From the NCBI GenBank assembly GCA_046597355.1, contig JBKJKU010000144.1, positions 49 to 64,048 of the forward strand: a DNA stretch of 64,000 bases, read 5' to 3'. Of the stretch, positions 49,088-56,650 are shown piece after piece (within the stretch, counting starts at the first letter, position 1; each line of letters begins with the position of its first letter). A program made the position numbers and the translations under genes. The notes under the pieces were generated by a model. That model was given only the letters and a program-made list of their open reading frames with translations, did no database searches and had not been told where the DNA came from. Source of the DNA: Aquabacterium sp. GTDB taxonomy: Bacteria > Pseudomonadota > Gammaproteobacteria > Burkholderiales > Burkholderiaceae_C.

Positions 49088-51475
49088 ATGCCCGATACCC
49101 TTCCCCCCACGCCCCCCGCCACTGCCGCCGCCCTGGTAGCAGCGCCCGCGCCTGCCGCGCCCGTCAGCACCGCTGTCACCCCCGCCGCGCCCAAGCCCAA
49201 ACCGCCGCCGCCGATGCTGCCCAACGCCCGCCACATGGCGCGGGTGCCGGCCGCCATCGGGCCCGAGGCGCTCAGCCGGGTGCGCAATGCCGCCTACCAA
49301 CTGCCGCAGGTCATCACCGCCGCCGACATGCCGGCCGACCTGGTGCCCGAGCATGCGGCCGATGGCGACGAGCGGCTGGACCGGCTGGGCCTGGTGCTGC
49401 TGCAAAAAGGCGTGCCCGGCCAACGGCCCAGCCGCTGGATCGCGCCGGTTTTGTTCGACGAGGCACTGCGCCACCTCGACGCCCTGGGCACCGGCCCCAA
49501 GCTGCGCGCCCTGATGACCGAGCGCAGCGTGGTGCTGGACGCCCTGGGCGTGACCCGCGCCAACCCGGCCGACTGGGAGCGCCTGGCCAAGCAGGTGATC
49601 ACGCTGGACCAGGACGCCTGGCGCATCGAGGTCAGTCACCTGATCCCGGTCGACGCAGCGCCGGTCTGGCGTTTCTTCCGCGACGGCGACCGCGCCGCGC
49701 TGGACGATGCGCTGCATCACACGCCCGACTGGCCGCACGCGGCCGAACTGCAGGGCCGGCTGGACTTGCTGGTCGAGCAGGCCGGCCACATCAACCCGGG
49801 CCGCATCGACTCGCTGCTGCCCGGCCTGCAGTCCGAATGCGCCACGCCGCAGCCGCTGGACGCCCTGAGCAGCGCCTGCAACCGGGCACTCGACCGCTGG
49901 GCCAACCGGGTCAATGAGCTCGACACGCTGGACGACTTGAATGCCGAGCTGGCGTTTCAGGGCTATCCGGACAGTTTCAAGACCGCGCGCCGCGCCAACC
50001 GCAAGGTCACGCTGTTTGTCGGCCCGCCCAACAGCGGCAAGACCTACACCGCGTTTGAGCGCCTGGCCAGCGCCGAGCGCGGGGTGTACCTGGCGCCGCT
50101 GCGCCTGCTGGCACTCGAAGGCCGCGACCGGCTGATGGCCGCCGGCGTGCCGTGCTCGCTGCGTACCGGCGAGGAAAGCGCCGCAGTGGACGGCGCCCGC
50201 GTCGTCAGCAGCACCATCGAGATGATGGGCACGGGCGATTTGATCGACGTCGCGGTGATCGACGAAGCGCAGATGATTTTCGACAACTCGCGCGGCTGGG
50301 CCTGGACCCAGGCCATCGTCGGCGCGCCGGCCAAGGAGCTGTTGATCATTTGCTCGGCGTATGCGGTGCCGGCGATCGAGAACCTGCTCGGCCTGTGCGG
50401 TGAGCGCTGCGAGGTGCGGCACTTCGAGCGCATGCAGCAGGTGCAGCTGCTGCCGGCCGCCGTGCCGATCGCCAACCTGAAGCTGGGCGACGCGGTGGTG
50501 GCGTTCAGCCGGCGCGACGTGCTGATGCTGCGCGACCAGGTGGCGGCCAACGGCAAGACGGTGAGCGTGATCTACGGCGCCTTGCCGCCCGAGGTGCGCA
50601 AGCGCGAGGCGGCACGTTTTGCCAATGGCGAGACCGAAGTGCTGGTGGCCACCGATGCCATCGGCATGGGCCTGAACCTGCCGATCCGCCGGGTGCTGTT
50701 TTCGACCCTGACCAAGTTTGATGGCATAGGTGACCGCACGCTCGATGAGAGCGAGGTGCACCAGATCGCCGGGCGCGCCGGGCGCTATGGCATCCACGAG
50801 GAAGGCTTTGCCGGCGTGTTGGCCGAGGCTGAGCCCAGTGCCGGCCGCACGCTGCGCGACTTGCTTGCCCTGCAGCCGCGCGCGCCGCGCCACTTCAAGG
50901 CGCCGGTGGCGCCCAACTGGTGGCATATCGACACCATCAGCAGCAAGCTGGGCAAGCGCAAGCTGCGTGAGGTGCTGGGGGTGTTTGTCGAGCAACTGGA
51001 GCTGGACAACGCCCACTTTGCGGTGGCCGAGCTGCAGCAGATGCTGGAGATCGCTGCCCAGCTGGACGAGCGTGCCGCGCCGCTGTCGCTGCGCGAGCGT
51101 TTTATCTACGCCCAAGCGCCGGTCGATACCCGCACCGAGCAGCTGATGGAGCAATTCTTGGGTTGGACCGAGCGCCACGCCTGGGACGGCCAGGCCGGCG
51201 AGCCGAGCTTTTTGCACGACGTGGACGAAAACAGCCGGCTCGACCGCATGGAGCAGGCGCTGCGCGCTTGCACGCTGTGGCTGTGGCTGGACCAGCGCTT
51301 TCCGGGCGTGTTTGGCTACCTCGACGAGGTGGTGGCACTGCGCGAGCGGCTCAACGACGGCATCGCCGGCCAGTTGCGGGCCCGGCGGCCGCTGTGGCAG
51401 GTGCGGCAGGTGCGGCAGGGCCGGCCGGGGGGTGCTGGCGGCGCGCGGACCGGTGGGCGCGGCGGCCGGCGCTGA
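49088..51475 (+). CDS. Suv3-like SF2 RNA/DNA helicase with a long N-terminal extension
   Basis: GPPNSGKT, YLAPLRLLA, DEAQ, AFSR, ATDAIGMGLN and QIAGRAGR motifs. Confidence 0.9.
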   Translation: MPDTLPPTPPATAAALVAAPAPAAPVSTAVTPAAPKPKPPPPMLPNARHMARVPAAIGPEALSRVRNAAYQLPQVITAADMPADLVPEHAADGDERLDRLGLVLLQKGVPGQRPSRWIAPVLFDEALRHLDALGTGPKLRALMTERSVVLDALGVTRANPADWERLAKQVITLDQDAWRIEVSHLIPVDAAPVWRFFRDGDRAALDDALHHTPDWPHAAELQGRLDLLVEQAGHINPGRIDSLLPGLQSECATPQPLDALSSACNRALDRWANRVNELDTLDDLNAELAFQGYPDSFKTARRANRKVTLFVGPPNSGKTYTAFERLASAERGVYLAPLRLLALEGRDRLMAAGVPCSLRTGEESAAVDGARVVSSTIEMMGTGDLIDVAVIDEAQMIFDNSRGWAWTQAIVGAPAKELLIICSAYAVPAIENLLGLCGERCEVRHFERMQQVQLLPAAVPIANLKLGDAVVAFSRRDVLMLRDQVAANGKTVSVIYGALPPEVRKREAARFANGETEVLVATDAIGMGLNLPIRRVLFSTLTKFDGIGDRTLDESEVHQIAGRAGRYGIHEEGFAGVLAEAEPSAGRTLRDLLALQPRAPRHFKAPVAPNWWHIDTISSKLGKRKLREVLGVFVEQLELDNAHFAVAELQQMLEIAAQLDERAAPLSLRERFIYAQAPVDTRTEQLMEQFLGWTERHAWDGQAGEPSFLHDVDENSRLDRMEQALRACTLWLWLDQRFPGVFGYLDEVVALRERLNDGIAGQLRARRPLWQVRQVRQGRPGGAGGARTGGRGGRR

Positions 51476-51559
51476 ACACCCGTTGGCTGGCGGGGTTGTT
51501 CGGTGCAGGCCGGTCAGGCGTAAGCTGAGCCTTTGACCTGGTCGCCCCAGGAGGCTGCG

Positions 51560-52894
51560 ATGACCTTGCCCGAACCGCCTGTCTGGGCTGTGCTGTACCC
51601 GCGGCTCGGCCGCGCGGCGCGCCGCTGCGGCGCCGGGGTGCGGGCATCGAACGGGGGGCTGGCGGTGCGGCTGACGGTGCTGCTGACGGTGCGGCTGACC
51701 ACCTGGCTGTCCGCCTGGCGGTCAGCGTGGCGGTTGGCGGGCTTGCTGGCGCTGACGTTCGGCCTGTTGCCCGGCTGTGCGGTGCTGGCGCCGCCGCCTG
51801 CAAACCCGGCGCTGCTGCAGGACACACTGTTCAACCACCCAGCCCGGCCGGCCGAGGCCGATGCCGCGATGGTGCTGGACGAACCCATGCGCGCCTACCT
51901 GCGCAGCACCCTGGCCAGTGGCGTGCTGCAAAAGGGCAAGGCGCGGGCGCTGACCGATGCGCTCTATGTCCGGGACGGCCTGCGGCTGGACTACGACGCC
52001 AGTGTCACCCGCACCGCGTCCCAGGCTTTTGCGGCGCGCTCGGGCAACTGTTTGTCGCTGGTGCTGATGACCGCGGCGTTTGCGCGCGAAATGGGCCTGG
52101 AGGTCACCTTTCAGAGCGCCCGGCTGGACGATGCCTTCAGCCGCAGCGGCGATCTGACGCTGCGCAGCGGCCATGTCAACCTGGTGATCGGGCCGCGGCC
52201 CACGGTGGCCCGCTGGCAGACCCTGAACATGGTGCCCGACGCCAACCGGCTGCAGGTCGATTTTTTGCCACCGGACGAACTGCGCGGCCTGCGCACCCAG
52301 CCGATCGCCGAAGCCACGGTGCTGGCCATGTTCATGAACAACCGCGCTGCCGAGGCGCTGGCCGCACGCCGCACCCCCGAGGCCTATGCCTGGGTGCGCG
52401 AAGCGCTGCGCAATGATCCGGGCTTCTGGCCGGCCGTCAACACGCTGGGCGTGGTCTACCAGCAGGCCGGCCACCTGGCCGCTGCCGCAGCAGCCTTCGA
52501 GCAGTTGCTGGCGCAGGACCCGACCCAGGTGGCGGCCATGTGGAACCTGGCCCAGGTGCTTCAAAGCCAAGGCCGCCACACCGAGGCCGCCCGCTGGACG
52601 GCCCAGCGCCTGGCGCTGGAGCCGGTGGCGCCGTTCCACTACCAGCAGCTGGGCGAGGCGGCAATGGCGCGCGGTGCCTGGGCGCAGGCGCGCGAGCACT
52701 TTCTCAGCGAGCAGCGCATCACCGGCGACTCACCCGATTTGCAGCACGGGCTGGCCCAGGCCCACTACCGGTTGGGTGAGTGGGACGCCGCGCGCCAGGC
52801 GCTGCAGCAGGCCATCAACAACAGCCCCAACGCCGCGCAGCAGGCGCGCTACGCCGGCAAGCTGGCCTGGTTGCGGGCGCAGGGCCGGTTGTAG
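51560..52894 (+). CDS. Lipoprotein with a transglutaminase-like domain and TPR repeats
   Basis: CAGGAGG RBS; lipobox-like LPGC; GNCLS...GHVN; TPR helices (AVNTLGVVY, AMWNLA, HGLAQAHY). Confidence 0.75.
   Translation: MTLPEPPVWAVLYPRLGRAARRCGAGVRASNGGLAVRLTVLLTVRLTTWLSAWRSAWRLAGLLALTFGLLPGCAVLAPPPANPALLQDTLFNHPARPAEADAAMVLDEPMRAYLRSTLASGVLQKGKARALTDALYVRDGLRLDYDASVTRTASQAFAARSGNCLSLVLMTAAFAREMGLEVTFQSARLDDAFSRSGDLTLRSGHVNLVIGPRPTVARWQTLNMVPDANRLQVDFLPPDELRGLRTQPIAEATVLAMFMNNRAAEALAARRTPEAYAWVREALRNDPGFWPAVNTLGVVYQQAGHLAAAAAAFEQLLAQDPTQVAAMWNLAQVLQSQGRHTEAARWTAQRLALEPVAPFHYQQLGEAAMARGAWAQAREHFLSEQRITGDSPDLQHGLAQAHYRLGEWDAARQALQQAINNSPNAAQQARYAGKLAWLRAQGRL
51659..51730. repeat. 12-bp degenerate tandem repeat in the N-terminal leader of the TPR gene
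   Basis: CTGACGGTGC[GT]G-like units, about six, drifting in sequence. Confidence 0.7.
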
Positions 52895-52952
52895 CGGCCA
52901 GTCAGCGGCCTGTTGCGGGCTTCTCAGCGGCTTCTCAGCGGCTGTGCAGCGT
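52892..52952. repeat. 11-bp degenerate tandem array (CAGCGGCTTCT-like), 5-6 units, joining two convergent stop codons
   Basis: First unit begins at TAG 52892; the array contains the minus-strand stop at 52935. Confidence 0.75.
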
Positions 52953-54833
52953 CATGCGGGCCAGCGGTGACGCGGTGCTGACGCCCGGTATCGGCGGCGG
53001 GCCGTCGCTGGGCGGCTTTGTCGAGACCTTGAGCGCGGGCGCGGCGGCCGCCTCGGCGCTGCCTGGGGCCGGCCGCCGCAGCGCCACACCCACGGTCAGG
53101 ATGTCGATCATCAGCAGTTGCAGGATCCGGCTGATCATCGGCACCTGCGTGGTCGAATCTTCAACATGGTCCACCGCCAGCACCGTGTCGGCCTTGCGCG
53201 CCAGCGGCGACTGGCTGGCGGTGATGGCCACCACCGCCGCACCCCGGGCCCGCGCCGCGTCGGCCACCTCCAGCAGCTCGGGCAGGCGGCCGCCACTGCT
53301 GATGATCACCGCCACGTCACCGGGCTTGAGCACGTTCACCGCCAGGGTCTGCAGCCGGGGGTCGGTGTGGGCCGCACTGGGGATGCCGAAGCGCAGGAAC
53401 TTGAACTGCGCATCCACCGCCACCCCGCCGTACTGGCCAATGGTGAAAAACTCGACCCGGTTGGCGTGTGCCAGCAGGTCAACCGTGCGGTCGATCATCT
53501 CGCGGTTGAGTTGGCTGCGCACCTGCAGGATGGCCGACGCGGTATTGCCCAGCACCTTGGTGCCCAGCTCGACCACGCCGTCCGCCTGGGTCACCTGCAC
53601 ATGGGTGATCGGCACGGTGCCGGTCAGGCCCGAGGCCAGCCGCAGCTTGAAATCGGACAGGCCCTCGCAGCCGAGCGACCGGCAAAAGCGGATCACCGTC
53701 GGCTGGCTGACCTGGGCTGCCCGGGCGATCTCGACAATGGGCTGGTTGAGCACGGTGCGCGGGTGCAGCAGCACCTGCTCGGCCACCCGCAACTCGGCCG
53801 GCGACAGCTCGCTGCAGGCGCGCCGGATCTGGCTCAGGAAGGCCGAGCCGGGCGCTGCCTGCAGCGCCCGCAGCTGCGAGTCGAGGATGGTCGAGGCGCC
53901 GGTGAAGGTGGATTGCTCGGCGGTGATCACAAAGGTGGGGATGGCCGAGAGGTAGCGCGAAAAGCGCCCCTTGGCCTCGAAGCGGGCCCGGAAGGGCGAG
54001 CGGTCAAAGTAGTCGCCCAACTGCAGCACGATTGCGCCGCCGACGTAGATACCGCCCGAGGCGCCCAGCGTGACCGCCAGGTTGGCCGCGCTGGTGCCCA
54101 GCAGGGCGCAAAACAGGTCCAATGTTTCAACGCAGACCGGGTCGATGCCGGCCAGCGCGCGGCGGGTGATCTCATGCTCGCCCAGCCGTTCTGCGGGCGT
54201 GCCGGCCAGCTCGGCCAGGGCCTGGTACATCAGCGTCAGCCCGGCACCCGACAGCAGCCGCTCGAACGAGACATGCTTGAACTGTTTCCAGGCATGGCGC
54301 AGCACCGCGATTTCACGGTCGTCTTGCGGTGAAAACGTGGCGTGCCCACCTTCGGAGCCGAGCGAGATCCAGCTGTCACCGGCCGGGATCAGGCCGGACA
54401 CGCCCAGTCCGGTGCCGGCACCGATCAAGCCGATCACGCTGCGCGGCACCGCCTGGCCGCCGCCCACCTGGCGCAGGTCGCGGGCGTCCAGCTGGGGCAG
54501 CGACATCGCCAGCGCAGTGAAGTCGTTGACCACCACCAGCGTGTCGAGCTGCAACTGCTGCCGGGTGGTCTCGATCGAGAACTCCCAGTGGTAGTTGGTC
54601 ATGCGTACCCGGTCGCCTTCGACCGGATTGGCAATGGCCACGGCCGCATGCTCCACGTTTTGCCCGGGCAGCAAGGTGTCGAGGTAGGCCCGCACCGCCG
54701 CACGGAAGTCGGCATGGTCGGCGCAAAGCAGCGAGGTCTGGGCGCTGAACATGCCGGGCGCGGTCTCCAGCGCAAAGCGGGCGTAGGTGCTGCCGATGTC
54801 GGCAATCAAGCGGGGGGTATCGAAGGGCAGCAT
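52935..54833 (-). CDS. Glucokinase-HexR (RpiR-family HTH+SIS) fusion
   Basis: Glk motifs NDF, GAGTGLG, EGGH and ERLLSG; then LSPAE...VSQPTVIRFCRSLG HTH and a SIS domain; phosphate-1 motif altered to DIGSTY. Confidence 0.93.
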   Translation of the reverse strand: MLPFDTPRLIADIGSTYARFALETAPGMFSAQTSLLCADHADFRAAVRAYLDTLLPGQNVEHAAVAIANPVEGDRVRMTNYHWEFSIETTRQQLQLDTLVVVNDFTALAMSLPQLDARDLRQVGGGQAVPRSVIGLIGAGTGLGVSGLIPAGDSWISLGSEGGHATFSPQDDREIAVLRHAWKQFKHVSFERLLSGAGLTLMYQALAELAGTPAERLGEHEITRRALAGIDPVCVETLDLFCALLGTSAANLAVTLGASGGIYVGGAIVLQLGDYFDRSPFRARFEAKGRFSRYLSAIPTFVITAEQSTFTGASTILDSQLRALQAAPGSAFLSQIRRACSELSPAELRVAEQVLLHPRTVLNQPIVEIARAAQVSQPTVIRFCRSLGCEGLSDFKLRLASGLTGTVPITHVQVTQADGVVELGTKVLGNTASAILQVRSQLNREMIDRTVDLLAHANRVEFFTIGQYGGVAVDAQFKFLRFGIPSAAHTDPRLQTLAVNVLKPGDVAVIISSGGRLPELLEVADAARARGAAVVAITASQSPLARKADTVLAVDHVEDSTTQVPMISRILQLLMIDILTVGVALRRPAPGSAEAAAAPALKVSTKPPSDGPPPIPGVSTASPLARMTLHSR

Positions 54834-54944
54834 GGGGATGTGGCTGGGCTGCAGCCTGCACCGCTGCGGCGTGAGGGGGCCGAAAGGAGGCGGTCACGCT
54901 GGCCCAGCAGCGGGGCCAAGGTGTAGTTTGAGTATTGCACAATG

Positions 54945-54959
54945 TGTAGCTTGACTACA
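54945..54959. promoter_or_regulatory. HexR-type operator
   Basis: TGTAG-CTTGA-CTACA perfect dyad. Confidence 0.8.
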
Positions 54960-55044
54960 GGGCGCGGGGCGTGCCAGGGTCGCGACCTGATTGCCATTCG
55001 ACAGTTTTGCCGTGCGCTTAGGATTTGGCTGTGGCGCGATAACG

Positions 55045-55059
55045 TGTAGTTTCGCTACC
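55045..55059. promoter_or_regulatory. HexR-type operator (one mismatch)
   Basis: TGTAG-TTTCG-CTACC, exactly 100 bp from the first box. Confidence 0.65.
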
Positions 55060-55203
55060 TCGTCACGGCCGTAGGCCCAAACGGCAAGCCCCGGACGGCG
55101 CTGGTCAGGCCTGGGCCTTGCTTGCTGGGTGTGTGCGCTGCATAACGCCGTCGGGCGCAGCGCCAGTCGCTTTTTTACCAACCGTTTTCAGACAAGGGCC
55201 CCT

Positions 55204-56295
55204 GTGGATCTCCCTTCTGCCCGACGCTCCACCGCCGCGATTGGCGTTGCAAGTGTCACCGCCACTGTTGCCGACAGCGCCACCTACCCCCGGCTGTTGG
55301 CCGACATTGGCGGTACCAATGCCCGTTTTGGCTGGGTGGCGACACCCGGCGCGCCGGTGTCGCAGGTGCAGCGCTTGTCGGTGCCCGGGTTTGCCGGGCC
55401 GGCGCAGGCCGCCATGGCCTACCTGGACAGCCTGGCCCGACAACTCGGGGCGGACTACCGGGCGCCGCGGCGTGGCGCCTTTGCGGTAGCCACTGCGGTG
55501 GCGGGCGACGCCATCAATTTCACCAACAGCCACTGGGCATTTTCTCGGGCTGAGGTGCAGACAGCGCTGCAGCTGGACGGCCTGTTGATGCTCAATGACT
55601 TCGAGTCGCTGGCGCTGTCACTGCCCTGTCTGACACCGGACCAGGTGCGGACCCATGCCGGCACGATGCCATGGACTGCGGGGGATGCTGAGGCGCGGCG
55701 CACGCTGGCCGTGGTGGGCCCGGGCACCGGCCTGGGTGTGGGCGCCGTGGTGGGCACCCGCCAGGGCTGGGTGGCTTTGCCGGGTGAGGGCGGCCATGCC
55801 ACGCTGGCTGCGGCCGACCCGCTGGAGAGCGCCCTGCTGGCCTGCGTGCGCCAGCAATACAGCCACGTCTCGGCCGAGCGGCTGCTCTCGGGCATTGGCT
55901 TGCCCTTGCTGCACCAATCCCTCTGCCAGGTGCTGGGCCATGCGGCCAGCCCGTCCGGGCAGGCGCTGACGTCGGCAGACATCGTTGATGCTGCCGAGGC
56001 GGGCAGCGACGCCGCTTGCGGCCAAACGCTGGACATGTTCTGCGCGCTGCTGGGCGGTTTTGCCGGCAACGTGGCGCTCACGGTAGGTGCGCGCGGCGGT
56101 CTCTACATCGGTGGCGGCATCGTGCCGCGTTTTGCTGACCGATTTTTCGCCTCGGCCTTTCGCGAGCGGTTTGAGGCCAAGGGCCGGTTCCGCGACTACC
56201 TGGCAGCCATCCCGACGGCTTTGATCACCGACACCCTGGTGGCCCTCAGTGGCGCGGCGCTGGCTATCGAGCAGCAGGTGGCGTTGGGCGATTGA
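55204..56295 (+). CDS. glk: Glucokinase (bacterial Glk family)
   Basis: LLADIGGTNARF, NDF, GPGTGLG, EGGH, ERLLSG and YIGGGI motifs; start uncertain. Confidence 0.93.
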   Translation: MDLPSARRSTAAIGVASVTATVADSATYPRLLADIGGTNARFGWVATPGAPVSQVQRLSVPGFAGPAQAAMAYLDSLARQLGADYRAPRRGAFAVATAVAGDAINFTNSHWAFSRAEVQTALQLDGLLMLNDFESLALSLPCLTPDQVRTHAGTMPWTAGDAEARRTLAVVGPGTGLGVGAVVGTRQGWVALPGEGGHATLAAADPLESALLACVRQQYSHVSAERLLSGIGLPLLHQSLCQVLGHAASPSGQALTSADIVDAAEAGSDAACGQTLDMFCALLGGFAGNVALTVGARGGLYIGGGIVPRFADRFFASAFRERFEAKGRFRDYLAAIPTALITDTLVALSGAALAIEQQVALGD

Positions 56296-56386
56296 GCGCC
56301 CAAGGCCCACGCCGGGTGAACCGGGTGTCGGCCCGGCTTGATGGCAGCGGTTGCCACGCTTGGCCGTGTGATCCGGCAAGTCAAAA

Positions 56387-56401
56387 TGTAGTAAGCCTAC
56401 A
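56387..56401. promoter_or_regulatory. HexR-type operator upstream of the TonB-dependent receptor
   Basis: TGTAG-TAAGC-CTACA perfect dyad. Confidence 0.8.
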
Positions 56402-56475
56402 TTTCCGTGCTGGCGAGCATGTTGTCCGTGGACAACGGCCTCTGGGTGTTTTCCCTGATCAAACAGCGGCTGAAA

Positions 56476-56492
56476 CACCTGTTTCACAGGTG
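56476..56492. promoter_or_regulatory. Inverted repeat (second operator or RNA hairpin)
   Basis: CACCTGT-TTC-ACAGGTG. Confidence 0.35.
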
Positions 56493-56650
56493 AACACTGG
56501 GTTTTCTGGCGTGTTCAGGGTTTGTGAGTGCTTGGCAAATAATCTAGTTTTAGTACAAACTTTAGCCGTCATCGTTTGAGGGTTCGGCGGGCGAGCAGGT
56601 CACGGGCGTGGCGTGCCGCCGTCGGTGGCAAGCGGGCAAGGAGACACCAC

